Shown here: positions 40,640 through 52,645 of the stretch, in pieces | Position numbering within the stretch: the stretch's first letter is position 1 | How the letters are laid out: each line of letters opens with the position of its first letter | Source of the DNA: an uncultured Acidimicrobiales bacterium | GTDB taxonomy: Bacteria > Actinomycetota > Acidimicrobiia > Acidimicrobiales > DATKAS01 | Reading direction: 5' to 3' | Length of the DNA stretch: 64,000 bases | NCBI GenBank assembly: GCA_963747215.1 | Contig: CAVVET010000022.1 | Coordinates: forward strand, 76,637 to 140,636 | The notes under the pieces: generated by a model | What the model was told of the DNA's origin: nothing | Seen by the model: only the letters and a program-made list of their open reading frames with translations | The model's database searches: none | Translations under genes and position numbers: made by a program

Positions 40640-43047
40640 ATGACCGACGTGGCGAGGGGACAGCTGTACATCGGCGAGCAGATCGACGCGGCGACCCATG
40701 ACCGGCAGGGCACGGCGGTGCTGCTCCAGGCGAGCGACTTCACGACCCACGGTGTGATCGTCGGCATGACGGGGTCGGGCAAGACCGGCCTCGGGCTCGT
40801 CCTCGTCGAGGAGGCACTGCTCTCGGGCGTGCCCGCGTTGATCATCGACCCGAAGGGCGACCTCACGAACCTCGCCCTGACGTTCCCCGAGCTGCGCCCC
40901 GCCGACTTTCGCCCCTGGATCAACGAAGCCGACGCGACGCGGGCGGGCGCGACACCCGACGCGTTCGCGGAGCAGGAAGCGACGAGGTGGAGAGAGGGTC
41001 TCGCGTCCTGGGGCGTCGACCCCGCCCGCATCGCCGCGTTGCGCGGCACGGCGGACATCACCATCTACACGCCCGGTTCCACCTCCGGGGTGCCGCTCAA
41101 CCTCGTGGGTTCATTGCAAGCGCCCGCGAACGCCGATGCCGAGACGATCGGCGACGAGGTCGAGGGCTTCGTGTCGGGACTGCTCGGCCTCGTCGACGTC
41201 GACGCCGACCCGCTGTCGAGTCGCGAGCACATCCTGCTGTCGAACATCGTCGCGGCCTCGTGGACGGCCGGCCGAGACCTCGACCTCGCCACGCTCGTCG
41301 GGCAGGTGCAGCAGCCGCCGGTGCGCAAGCTCGGCGTCTTCGAGGTCGACACCTTCTTCCCGCCGAAGGACCGCACCGAGCTCGCGCTGCGCCTCAACGG
41401 CTTGCTGGCGTCACCGTCCTTCGCCGCGTGGACGCAGGGCGTGCCGTTCGACATCGACCGCCTGCTGGACTCACCGGACGGGAAGCCCGCCGCCGCGATC
41501 GTGACGATCGCGCACCTGTCCGATCCCGAGCGCCAGTTCGTCACGTCGCTGCTGCTCGGAAAGCTCGTGACGTGGATGCGTCGCCAGAGCGGCACCACCG
41601 ATCTCCGGGCGCTCGTGTACATGGACGAGGTCGCGGGCTACGCGCCGCCGACTGCGGAACCTCCTTCGAAGAAGCCGATCCTCACGTTGCTCAAGCAGGC
41701 ACGCGCATTCGGCGTCGGCCTGGTGCTGTCCACGCAGAACCCCGTCGACCTCGACTACAAGGCGATCTCGAACGCCGGCACGTGGATGATCGGACGCCTG
41801 CAGACCGAGCGCGACAAGGCGCGACTGCTCGAGGGCATGACCGCGGCGTCGGGGAGCATCGACATCGACGCGGTCGGCGACACGATCAGCGGCCTCGGCA
41901 AGCGCGAGTTCGTGCTGAAGCGAGCGGGCGTCGACCAGCCCACTGTCTTCACCACGCGCTGGGCCATGGCCTACCTGCGCGGTCCGCTCACCCGCGAGCA
42001 GATCGCGTCGCTCACCGAGCCCGTCGGAAGCGCTCCCGCCGCCGACGCCGGGAACTGCCGCGGCGCCGCTTCCCCCTCCTGGAGCGGCGACGGCGCCGAG
42101 CGCCGCGCCGGCGATGCCCGATGCATCCCCCGTCGCACCAAAGGTGGCGGACAACGTGCCCGTCCGGTGGCTCGACCCTGCCGCGCCGTGGGCCGCACAC
42201 GTCGGTGCTGTCTCCGGCGGCACCCAGCTCGTTCCGGCCGCCGTCGCGCGCGTGAGCCTGTTGTTCGACGACGACCGGGCCGGCCTCCGGGAGGCAACAG
42301 AGTGGGAAGCAGTGTTGTGCCCACTTCCCGCGACGCCCGATCCCTCCGCCGCGGTGGGTGTCGACTACGACGAGCGGAACCTCACGACCACACCTCCCCC
42401 CGATGCGCACTACGTCCTCACGGAGGCGCCGATCCGCACCAAGACCTACTGGACGTCGCTGCAGCGCAACCTCGTCGATCACGTCGTCCGCACTCGCACG
42501 ATGGACGTACGCGAGAAACGCGAAGCTCAAGCTCTACAGCCGGCCGGGCGAGGCTGCCGACGCGTTCGCGCAGCGATGCGCCGAGGCGGCAGACACCGTC
42601 GCCGACATGAAGATGGCCGCGCTCCGCGACAAGTACGAGCCGAGGTTTCGCAAGGCCCGCGAAGCACTCGCCACCGCTCAGGACAAGGTGGAGGTGCACC
42701 AAGCCCAGGCGGACGCGACGCGCAACGACTCGATCATCGACGCGGCCACGTCGATCCTGGGCGACTTCCTCGGCGGCAAGCGCAACGCCAGGTCGATGGG
42801 TCGGTCGATCTCGCGTGGCTCGGGCCGCACGTCGACCGCAAACGAGCGCCTCGAGAGCGCAGCGAACCGAGCCGCGGCGAAGCAGGACGCACTCGGCGAT
42901 CTCGAGGACGACTTCGTCGCCGATCTCGAGGCGGTGAAGGCGGAGGCCGATGCGTCCGCCGCCGCGATCGAGATCATCCAGGTACCGCTCGAGAAGACCG
43001 ACGTGAAGGTCATCGACATCGCGCTCGTGTGGGTGCCCCGCGCCTGA
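40640..43047 (+). CDS. HerA/FtsK-superfamily P-loop ATPase (DUF87/DUF853-like, ~800 aa, coiled-coil C-terminus), 2 frame breaks
   Basis: Walker A GMTGSGKTG, IIDPKGDL, Walker B-like LVYMDEVAGY, and LSTQNPVDLDYKAISNAGTWMIGRLQTERD. The continuation is in ORF 42114.. and ORF 42358..43047 (ends IALVWVPRA). Breaks are near 42050 and 42510. Confidence 0.7.
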
Positions 43048-44291
43048 TGATCTCGCTCCTTCGCCGCAACCGCGACTTTCGGACGCTCTTCACGGCGCAG
43101 GTCATCTCGTACATGGGCGACTGGTTCGCGACCGTCGCCGTGCTCGGTCTCGTGCTCGACCTCACCGATTCCGGCTTTGCGGCCGCGATGGTCTTCGTGG
43201 CCCAGAGCCTCCCCGCGTTCTTCGTCACGCCGCTCGCGGGCACCGTCGCCGACCGCTTCGATCGCCGCAAGGTGCTCGTGACCGCGTCGTCGATCCAGGC
43301 CGTCGCCGCGCTCGGCTTCCTGCTCGTCGGCCCCGGTCGAGTCTGGATGGCCTTCGTCGCACAAGGCACGATCGCCGCGCTCGGCGCCTTCTTCGCTCCC
43401 GCCTCGAACGCCGCTCTCCCGAACCTCGTGGACAAGCGAGACCTGCCGCTCGCGACGGCACTCATGGCATCGACCTGGGGGGCGATGCTCGCGATCGGCG
43501 CCGCGCTCGGCGCGGTGTTCACCGTCGTGTTCGGTCGTGACGCGGCGTTCATCGCGAACTCGGTGAGCTTCGCCGTCGCCGGCATCCTCATCTTCACGGT
43601 GCGCCGTCGCATGCGCGAGGAGGGAAACGAACCCGATCGCACCACGCGCATGCGTCCGCTCCTCGACACGTGGGAGGCGCTCCGATACGCATGGCACCGG
43701 CCGCAGGTGCTCGCGCTGCTCGGTTCGAAGGCAGGATTCGGCTTCGGGACGGGGGTGGTGGGCCTCCTTGCGGTGCTCGCCGAGGAGACGTTCAACGCGG
43801 GCGATGGCGGGACAGGCCTCCTGCTCACGATGCGCGGCCTCGGAGTCGTCGCGGGCCCGTTGCTCGCGAACCGCGTCGCCAAACGGGGCGTGCACGGCCT
43901 ACTCCTCGCGTGCGGCGTCGCGTCGATCGTCTATGGAGTCGCCTACGGCCTCGTGCCGTTCGCCCCGGGCATCGCCGTCGCCGCGGTGCTCGTCCTCATC
44001 GCCCATCTCGGCGGTGGCTGTCAATGGACGTTCTCGACCTACGGCCTGCAGGTCGTCACACCCGACGCTCTCAGGGGCCGCATCTTCGCGGCCGACTTCG
44101 CGTTGGTGACCATGACGATGAGCCTCTCGCTCGTGCTCGCAGGCTGGATGTCGAGCGTCGTCGGTGTCGGCCCGACGATCGTGGGACTGGCGTGCATCGA
44201 GATCGCGTGGGGCGTGCTGTACCTCGTCATCACCAAGACGCTGCGCGCTCCGGACGAATCGCTGATCGCGCCGGCCGCGGTCGCCCAGTAG
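43047..44291 (+). CDS. MFS transporter
   Basis: From ATG 43047, which shares one base with the upstream TGA: MISLLRRNRDFRTLFTAQVISYMGDWF...GTVADRFDRRKV. About 12 predicted TM segments. Confidence 0.85.
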   Translation: MISLLRRNRDFRTLFTAQVISYMGDWFATVAVLGLVLDLTDSGFAAAMVFVAQSLPAFFVTPLAGTVADRFDRRKVLVTASSIQAVAALGFLLVGPGRVWMAFVAQGTIAALGAFFAPASNAALPNLVDKRDLPLATALMASTWGAMLAIGAALGAVFTVVFGRDAAFIANSVSFAVAGILIFTVRRRMREEGNEPDRTTRMRPLLDTWEALRYAWHRPQVLALLGSKAGFGFGTGVVGLLAVLAEETFNAGDGGTGLLLTMRGLGVVAGPLLANRVAKRGVHGLLLACGVASIVYGVAYGLVPFAPGIAVAAVLVLIAHLGGGCQWTFSTYGLQVVTPDALRGRIFAADFALVTMTMSLSLVLAGWMSSVVGVGPTIVGLACIEIAWGVLYLVITKTLRAPDESLIAPAAVAQ

Positions 44292-44302
44292 CGTCGCCAG
44301 CG

Positions 44303-45314
44303 GTGCAGCTGCAGGACCTCTCGACTCCCGCGCTCGTCGTCGACGCCGACGATCTGCAGCACAACCTCGCCACGATGGCGGACTCGCTGCCGGGAAGCCG
44401 CTGTCGTCCCCACGTGAAGGCCCACAAGTGCACCGCGCTCGCCGCGGAGCAGGCGGCGGTCGGGCACCGCACGTTCACGTGCGCGACGCCGCTCGAGATG
44501 ATCGGGATGGCGAAGGCGGGCCTCGGCGATGACCTCCTCCTCGCGAACGAGACCGTCGATCCCGGCCGGCTGGCGGCGATGGCCGCGCTCACGGAAGCCC
44601 GCGTCACGGTCGCCGTCGACAGCGAGGCGACCATCGATGCCGCGGCCAAGGCCGGCATCGCCGAGGTGCTGATCGACGTCAACGTGGGCCTCCCCCGGTG
44701 CGGCTGCGATCCCGACGACGCCGGGCGACTCGCTGACCTCGCGCGCACTCGTGGCCTGCAGGTGCGGGGAGTCATGGGCTACGAGGGACACGTCATGCCC
44801 GTCCTCGACCGGGCCGACCGCGTGGCCAAAGTGGAGGAATCCATGGCCAAGCTGCGCGCCGCGCACGACCAGGTGGGAGGCGACGTCACTTCCGCCGGTG
44901 GCACCGGCACCTACGACCTCCACACGTGGGCGAGCGAGATCCAGTGCGGCTCGTATGCGCTCATGGACACCTCCTACGCGCGCCTCGAACCTGCCGTTCC
45001 GGCAAGCCCTCGCAGTGTGGGCGACCGTGATCTCGGTGTCCCCGAAGTGGATGGTCTGCGACGTCGGCCTGAAGTCGCTCGGGATGGACCACGGTGACCC
45101 GTCGATCGACGCCGCCAAGGTGTGGTTCTGCTCGGACGAGCACACGACGTTCGCTCCGGAACCCGATGGCGCGCTCGCCGGACTCCGCGTCGGCGACCAC
45201 GTCAGGGTCATGCCTGCACACGTGGATCCGACGATGGCGTTGCACGACCGCTTGCACATCACCCGCGGTGACGAGGTGATCGACACGTGGGCGATCGATC
45301 TCCGAAGCTGGTGA
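44303..45314 (+). CDS. Alanine racemase N-terminal domain / D-serine deaminase-like (D-threonine aldolase family) PLP enzyme, one frame break
   Basis: GTG 44303 gives VQLQDLSTPALVVDADDL...RPHVKAHKC (PLP-lysine context). The C-terminus is in ORF 44751..45314. The break is near 44990. Confidence 0.75.
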
Positions 45315-45315
45315 C

Positions 45316-45898
45316 TCAGCTCAGCTTCCCCGCCAGCGCGCGGAGTGCCCGACCTCGGTGAGACAGCGCGTGCTTCTCGGCCTCTGACATCTCGGCGAAC
45401 GTACGGCCATCGCCTTCGTCGGGGATGAACACCGGGTCGTAGCCGAACCCACGATCACCTCGAGCCGCATCCGCGATGCGCCCTGCGACCACGCCCTCGG
45501 CGAGCACCTCGCGGCCGTCGGGCCAGCACACCACCGCGACGGTGCGGAAGCGCGCGGTGCGCCCAGCAGGACGCACGTCTCGAAGCGCGCCGAGCAGCTT
45601 CTCGACGTTGTCCTGATAGCGGGCGTGCTCGCCCGCGTACCGCGCGGTTCGCACGCCCGGCGCGCCGTCGAGCGCGTCGACTTCGAGGCCGGTGTCGTCG
45701 GCGAGCGCGGGCGCGTCCGGCCGCGACCGCGACAGCCATCGCCTTCAGCCGTGCGTTGCCTTCGAGCGTGTCCGCGGTCTCGTCGACATCGGGGAGATCG
45801 ACCGGCCGCGGCGCGACGTCCAACCCGAGCGGGCTCACGATCTCGATGATCTCGGCGGCCTTGTCGGGATTCGCGGAGGCGAGAACGACCCTCAACAC
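45316..45898 (-). CDS. rdgB: Non-canonical purine NTP pyrophosphatase (RdgB/HAM1), one frame break
   Basis: ORF 45455..45898 has LASANPDKAAEI...ETADTLEGNARLKA. ORF 45316..45654 has GFGYDPVFIP...GRTFAEMSEAEKHALSHRGRA. The break is near 45700. Confidence 0.8.
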
Positions 45899-45905
45899 GA
45901 GTTGC

Positions 45906-46640
45906 TCAGCGCGGCAGCGGCGGATCGGACAGCAGCTCGTCCTGCAGCGCGAAGATCTCGCGAATGCCGCCCTCGGCGAGGCCGAGCAACGCGTCGAGCT
46001 CGTTCCGGGAGAACGCGATGCCCTCGGCGGTGCCCTGCACCTCGACGAAGCGTCCCGACGACAGCATCACGACGTTCATGTCGACCTCGGCGCCCGCGTC
46101 CTCGACATAGGGCAGGTCGAGTCGGGCTTCGCCTTCGATGATGCCCACCGAGATGGCCGCGCAGCGCTCCGTGATCGGATGGGCCTTGATCGTGCCTGCG
46201 AGCAGCAGGCGGCTCAGCGCGTCGTGCAGAGCGAGGTATCCGCCGCAGATCGAGGCGGTGCGCGTGCCGCCGTCGGCCTGGAGCACGTCGCAGTCGATGA
46301 TGACTTGCCGTTCGCCGAGCGCGCGCATGTCGGTCACCGCGCGCAGCGACCGTCCGATCAGCCGTTGGATCTCCTGCGTGCGCCCTGAGACCTTGCCGCG
46401 GGCGGCTTCGCGTTCGATGCGCTCGGGTGAGGAGCCGGGGAGCATGGAGTACTCGGCGGTCACCCATCCCTTCCCGCTCCCCCGCATCCACCGCGGCGTG
46501 TCCTCGTCGACCGACGCCGTGCAGAGCACGCGGGTACGCCCGAACGACACGAGCGCGGATCCGGCCGCCATGTCGGTGTAGTCGCGCTCGAACGTGATGG
46601 GGCGGAGCTCGTCCGCTGCCCGACCATCGGCTCTCGGCAT
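45906..46640 (-). CDS. rph: Ribonuclease PH
   Basis: Intact 244 aa ORF: [10 protein letters not shown]...[15 protein letters not shown]...[15 protein letters not shown]...[16 protein letters not shown]. Confidence 0.95.
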   Translation of the reverse strand: MPRADGRAADELRPITFERDYTDMAAGSALVSFGRTRVLCTASVDEDTPRWMRGSGKGWVTAEYSMLPGSSPERIEREAARGKVSGRTQEIQRLIGRSLRAVTDMRALGERQVIIDCDVLQADGGTRTASICGGYLALHDALSRLLLAGTIKAHPITERCAAISVGIIEGEARLDLPYVEDAGAEVDMNVVMLSSGRFVEVQGTAEGIAFSRNELDALLGLAEGGIREIFALQDELLSDPPLPR

Positions 46641-46649
46641 TCGCGCTCC

Positions 46650-47387
46650 TCAGCTCACCACGAAGGTCTTGCCTGGTACTGCGACACCCACCGCGCGACC
46701 GAACGCCTCGGCCGCTTCGTCCTCGTGCCGACGCGGGTCAGAGGTGGGCCAGAAGTGCGTGACCACGAGCTCTCCCACTTCGGCCTCGGCGGCCGTTCGG
46801 CCGGCTTGGCGGGACGAGAGGTGCGGCGCGGTGCCCTCCGTCTCCTCGAGCAGCGTCGCCTCGCACAGCGCAAGATCGGCGCCTCGGCCGAGCGCCTCGA
46901 GCGACCAGTCCGGACCCGTGTCGGCGGAGTAGAGCAGCGACTTGCCGTTGCTCGCGATGCGCATGGCGAGCGTCTCGACGGGGTGATCGGTCTCGGAGAA
47001 CGAGAAGTCGAGATCGCCGATCGTGACCTTGTCGCGATTCGCGACGATCTCCCACCGGAACGTCGGGGCCGACGAGTCGCCGCACACGATGTCGACGAGC
47101 TTGCGCACCGCAGTCGTCGAGTAGACGGGCATGCCGTCGACTTGGAACCCGTACTTCAACGCGTTGCGCACCACGCCGAGCTCGCCCCAATGGTCCGGAT
47201 GGCTGTGACTCACGACGATCGCATCGAGCGCTGTCAGGTCGATGTGCTGCTGAAGGTTGGCGAGCGAGCCCGGCCCGGTGTCGACCCACACGTTCGTGGC
47301 ATCGGTGCGCACGAGGTAGCCGCTGCACGCTCCACCAGGGCCGGCGTAGGTGCCCGAGCAACCCAGCACCGTCACGCTCAGGCCCAT
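46650..47387 (-). CDS. MBL-fold metallo-hydrolase
   Basis: From ATG 47387: MGLSVTVLGCSGTYAG...VVSHSHPDHWG. It overlaps the murI stop by 10 nt. This position between murI and rph is conserved in actinobacteria. Confidence 0.8.
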   Translation of the reverse strand: MGLSVTVLGCSGTYAGPGGACSGYLVRTDATNVWVDTGPGSLANLQQHIDLTALDAIVVSHSHPDHWGELGVVRNALKYGFQVDGMPVYSTTAVRKLVDIVCGDSSAPTFRWEIVANRDKVTIGDLDFSFSETDHPVETLAMRIASNGKSLLYSADTGPDWSLEALGRGADLALCEATLLEETEGTAPHLSSRQAGRTAAEAEVGELVVTHFWPTSDPRRHEDEAAEAFGRAVGVAVPGKTFVVS

Positions 47388-48187
47388 TCGATGGCCTCGG
47401 CGTGATCGAGCTCGGGACCGAGCAACCGCCGGCCGATCTCCTCGAACCAGGCGACATCGCCTGACGAGACGAAGCGGTGGGTGGCGCCGCCGCAGCCGCC
47501 CTTGCGGGCGAGCCCGGTCGCGTCGAGCACGACCTGCACCTCGAACGCGGTCTCGTCCGCGGAGGAAACGAGCACCACGTTGCGGCCCATCACGTCGCTG
47601 ATCGTACGGGCGAGGTACGGGTAGTGAGTGCAGCCGAGCAACAGCGCGTCGACATCGGCGTCGCACACGGGGGCGAGAAGACGTTCCGCGAGGACCGTGA
47701 CCTGGTCGCCCGTCGTCTCTCCCCGTTCGACGAACTCGACGAAGCCGGGGCACGCGGCGCAGGTCAGATCGACCTGCGCGTTCGTCGCCTCCACGGCTCG
47801 CTGGTACGCGCCCGAACCGATCGTGCCCACCGTGCCGATCACGCCGACGCGTCGATTGCGGGTCGCTGCGATCAGCGCGCGCACCCCCGGCTCGATCACG
47901 CCGATGACGGGGACCGGCAGCGACTCGGTCAACGCGTCGAGCGCGGCGGCGGCCGCGGTGTTGCACGCCACCACCACCGTCTTCACGTCGAAGCGGTCGA
48001 CGAGCGTGTGTGCGATCTCGAGCGCGAAGTCCTTGACCTCGGGCTGCGGACGTGGGCCGTAGGGATAGCGCCCGGTGTCGCCGAGGTAGACGAGGTGCTC
48101 GTCGGGAAGCAGGTCCATCACGGCTCGAGCGACGGTCAACCCCCCGAACCCGCTGTCGAACATGCCGATCGGGCGGTCGTCGGGCAC
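47378..48187 (-). CDS. murI: Glutamate racemase
   Basis: Intact 269 aa ORF: IGMFDSGFGGLTV...YLGDTGRYPYG...VVACNTA...LGCTHYP. Confidence 0.9.
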   Translation of the reverse strand: MPDDRPIGMFDSGFGGLTVARAVMDLLPDEHLVYLGDTGRYPYGPRPQPEVKDFALEIAHTLVDRFDVKTVVVACNTAAAAALDALTESLPVPVIGVIEPGVRALIAATRNRRVGVIGTVGTIGSGAYQRAVEATNAQVDLTCAACPGFVEFVERGETTGDQVTVLAERLLAPVCDADVDALLLGCTHYPYLARTISDVMGRNVVLVSSADETAFEVQVVLDATGLARKGGCGGATHRFVSSGDVAWFEEIGRRLLGPELDHAEAIEWA

Positions 48188-48199
48188 GGCCAGAGGCTA

Positions 48200-49235
<1,036 letters not shown>

Positions 49236-49286
49236 CTACCGGAACGGTCGGGATTTGCGGCCGTCGCCGCGGGTTAGCGTCCGCCC

Positions 49287-50546
49287 ATGACACGGACGGT
49301 CTTCCACGGCGGGACGGTCTTCGACGGCACTGGCGCACCCTCGGCGCCCGGTGACGTGCTCGTCGAGGACGGGCGCATCGTGGACGTCGGCCCGCAGCTC
49401 GACGGCGACGAGGGCATCGACCTCAGCGGCAAGTGGGTCTTGCCCGGACTCTTCGACTGCCACGTGCATGTGATGTTCAGCCCCACGCTCATGGACATCG
49501 CGCGTCGTGTGAACACCCCGTTCTCGAGTCGCTTCTTCGACGCCGTCCACAACCTCGACGCCACCCTCCGCCAGGGCGTCACGAGCGTGCGCGACGCGTC
49601 CGGCGCCGATCTCGGCGTCAAGCAGGCAGTCGACCAGGGTCGCATCGCCGGGCCTCGCCTGCAGATCTCGATCTCGATGTTGAGTCAGACCGGCGGCCAC
49701 GGCGACGGCTGGACGCTGTGTGGCGCGGAGCTCGGCATCGGCGCGTCCTACCCTGGCCATCCCCACACGGTCGTGGACGGACCCGATCAGATGCGGCACA
49801 AGGTGCGCGAGCTGCTCCGCGCCGGCGCCGACGTGCTGAAGGTGGCGACGTCCGGCGGCGTCCTGTCACCACGCGACGATCCTCGGCACGGTCACTTCCG
49901 CGATGACGAGCTCGAGGTGCTCGTCGCCGAGGCGAGCGCGGCCGGCAAGTACGTGATGGCTCACGCGCAGGCGACTGATGGCATCAAGGCCGCCGTCCGC
50001 ACCGGCATCCGCTCGATCGAGCACGGCATCTACCTCGACGACGAAGCGATCGGGATGATGCTCGACCGCGGCACGTGGCTCGTACCGACGCTCGCTGCTC
50101 CACGTGGCGTCTTCGCGGCGCGCGACGCGGGCATTCCCGTGCCCGACGTGATCCTGAAGAAATGCGAGATGGTGATGGAGACCCACACCGACTCGATCCG
50201 GCGTGCGATCGCGGCGGGTGTGAAGGTCGCGATGGGCACGGACTCCGGCGTCTGTCCCCACGGCCAGAACCTCCGCGAGCTCGCGTTGATGGCCGATTGC
50301 GGCATGTCGGCCGAGGGTGCGCTCGTCGCCACGACCAAGACGGCGGCGGAGCTGCTCGGCGTCGCTGACGACCTCGGCACGATCGAACCCGGCAAGCGTG
50401 CGGACCTCGTCGTCGTCGACGGTGATCCCCTCGAGCTCGACAAGCTTCCCGACCGCATCAGCCAGGTCTGGAAGGACGGGCGGCCTGACCCGGCCAAGGC
50501 CCAGACCCCTAGGCCCACCCTTCGAGCGCGATCGGTTCCTCGCTGA
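49287..50546 (+). CDS. Amidohydrolase family metal-dependent hydrolase
   Basis: 419 aa ORF: VLPGLFDCHVHV, KVATSGGVLSP, MAHAQA, IEHG and MGTDSG. The 3' end overlaps the convergent mec gene by 38 nt, so the last residues are uncertain. Confidence 0.85.
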   Translation: MTRTVFHGGTVFDGTGAPSAPGDVLVEDGRIVDVGPQLDGDEGIDLSGKWVLPGLFDCHVHVMFSPTLMDIARRVNTPFSSRFFDAVHNLDATLRQGVTSVRDASGADLGVKQAVDQGRIAGPRLQISISMLSQTGGHGDGWTLCGAELGIGASYPGHPHTVVDGPDQMRHKVRELLRAGADVLKVATSGGVLSPRDDPRHGHFRDDELEVLVAEASAAGKYVMAHAQATDGIKAAVRTGIRSIEHGIYLDDEAIGMMLDRGTWLVPTLAAPRGVFAARDAGIPVPDVILKKCEMVMETHTDSIRRAIAAGVKVAMGTDSGVCPHGQNLRELALMADCGMSAEGALVATTKTAAELLGVADDLGTIEPGKRADLVVVDGDPLELDKLPDRISQVWKDGRPDPAKAQTPRPTLRARSVPR

Positions 50547-50920
50547 TCTCGCCGTCGACGATGCGGTACGAGCGCAGCACCGGCTCCGGCTGCTTGAGCG
50601 ACACGATGAGGTAGTGCCAGTCGGGGTCGGGAGCCTGCGCGACGTCAGTGGGCGACGGATACGGCTCGGTGTGCGTGTGGCTGTGCATCACACCGATGAT
50701 CTCGAGCCCTCGACCTTCGGCATCACGCTCCGCGAGAAGGTGGTCCTTCGGGTCGACGGTGTAGAGCTTCGACGACTCGGCCGCGTTCCGGCACGGGTAG
50801 AACACCGTGATGTGCCGCGCGTGCCGCGTCGCCGGCCACGAGGCCACACGCTTCGTCGGGCAGGCCGTCGAACGCATGCCCGATCATCGCCAAGTACGGC
50901 TGTCGAGTGAGGCGAAGCAC
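50509..50920 (-). CDS. mec: Mov34/MPN/JAMM metalloprotease (Mec-like), one frame break
   Basis: GTG 50920 gives VLRLTRQPYLAMIGHAFDGLPDEACGLVAG. After the break near 50810 come ITVFYPCRNAAESSKLYTVDP and the JAMM motif GVMHSHTHTEPYPSPTD (ORF 50509..50877). Confidence 0.75.
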
Positions 50921-50945
50921 GAGGCGAGAGTACCCTCGACCCCCC

Positions 50946-51421
50946 ATGGCTCCGAAGGGCGTGAAGGTCGTCGCGTCGAACCGACGCGCGGCGCCACGAC
51001 TACGCCGTGCTCGACACGATCGAGTGCGGGCTCGCCCTCGTCGGCAGCGAGGTGAAGTCGCTCCGCGACGGCAAGGTGCAGCTCGGCGACGCGTACGCCC
51101 GCGTCGAGCGGGGCGAGCTGTGGCTGCACAACATGCACATCGCGGCCTATGAGCATGCCGCCGGGTTCGGCGCCCACGTCACCGACCGGCCCCGCAAGCT
51201 CCTCGCTCACCGGTCCGAGATCGACCGCCTCGGCGCCCGAGTCGCGCAGGAACGGCTGGCGCTCATCCCCCTCGCCCTCTACTTCAAGGAAGGCCGGGCC
51301 AAGGTCGAGCTCGCCCTCGGCAAGGGCCGCAAGAGCCACGACCGCCGGCAGGACATCGCCAAGCGCGACACGAATAGAGAGGTCGAGACGCGCTCTCAAG
51401 AGTTACCATCGAGGCAGCTGA
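50946..51421 (+). CDS. smpB: SsrA-binding protein, 2 frame breaks
   Basis: ATG 50946 gives MAPKGVKVVASNRRAA. One extra base near 50991-50995 then shifts to HDYAVLDTIECGLALVGSEVKSLR (ORF 51007..). The C-terminus REVERALKSYHRGS ends at 51421 in the frame of ORF 51149..51421. Confidence 0.85.
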
Positions 51422-51550
51422 GACTGCGCGAGTACGAAGGGAGGACGAACCGATGGAAGCCATTGCCCTCGCCGCCCGGTCCTCGTCCCGCGTGCTCCCG
51501 GCCACCTGACCGCACTGCTCGGTCGGGAGCACCTCCCAGGAGGTTCTCCG

Positions 51551-52603
51551 TTGTCTGAAGTCGTCCTCGACGCTCTCGTCCCCTACGGCTGGGACGACCG
51601 CGTCGCCGCACTGTTCTCCTTCGAAGCAGATCCCACTGACACTCCCGGCCGCGTGGTCCGCGTCGACCGCGACCGCGTCTCCGTCATCACCGAATCGGGC
51701 GAGCACCGCTCGGCCCGCGGCGACCCACTCCCGAGCATCGGCGACTGGGTGGGGCTCACGACCGGAGGTCCCGACGGTGATCTCGTCGTCCGCTCGGTGC
51801 TGACCCGACGCTCGGTGCTCGGCCGGCGCAGCGCGGGCAAGGCACCCGACGGTCAGGTGATGGCCGCGAACGTGGATCTGGTGTTCGTGCTCGTCGGCGT
51901 CGACCGCGTCGTCCTCAACCGAGTCGAGCGTGAGCTCGTCGCCGCGTGGGACTCGGGCGCCACCCCTGTCGTGATCCTCACCAAGGCCGACCTGGTCGAC
52001 GATCCGCTCGAGATCGCCACGGAGGTGGCAGCGCGCTCGCACGGCGTCGATGTGATCGTCACCTCGTCCGTCACGGGCACAGGGATCGACGAGGTCACTG
52101 CCCTCCCGCAACCGAACCGCACGGTCGTGCTGCTCGGCGCATCGGGCGTCGGGAAGTCGACGCTCGCGAACGCGTCTGCTCGGCGAGGAGATGCTCGAAA
52201 CCGGGGAAGTGCGCGAGCAGGACCATCGCGGGCCGTCACACGACGACGGCGCGGAGCATGGTGACGCTTCCGCTCGGCGGAGTGCTGATCGACACGCCGG
52301 GCATCCGCAGCCTTGGCCTGCTCGAGTTCGAGGAGGGACTCGCGCTCGCCTTTCCCGACATCGAAGAGCTCGCCGCGCAGTGCCGCTTTCGCGACTGCAC
52401 CCATCGCAGCGAGCCCGGATGCGCGGTGCGGGCCGCAGTGGCCGGCGGAGACCTGGACGCCGCCCGCATGAGCTCGTACGAGAAGCTGCAGAAGGAGCTC
52501 GCCTACTCGGATCGGGTCGGCGATCCGATCGCGCTCCGGGCCGAGATGCGCAAGTGGAGGGCGATCCACAAGTCCGTTCGGGACATGCAACAAGCAGCGC
52601 TGA
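51551..52603 (+). CDS. rsgA: Ribosome small-subunit-dependent GTPase A, about 3 frame breaks
   Basis: TTG start 8 nt after AGGAGG. Contains VVILTKADL and LLGASGVGKSTLANA. Two breaks (~52175, ~52235) precede GRHTTTARSMVTLPLGGVLIDTPGIRSLGL and the zinc-site CRFRDCTHRSEPGCAV. The stop is assigned to TGA 52601-52603 after a further shift and is uncertain. Confidence 0.8.
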
Positions 52604-52645
52604 GATTCGATGTCACATCCGGCGCCGCCCGGACGTCGATCAGGT

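Noticed and set aside
51422-51550. Expected tmRNA or another small RNA directly after smpB.
   Set aside because: The 130-nt spacer has no tRNA-like ends or strong structure. It contains the AGGAGG Shine-Dalgarno for the rsgA TTG start. The real tmRNA is at 59839.
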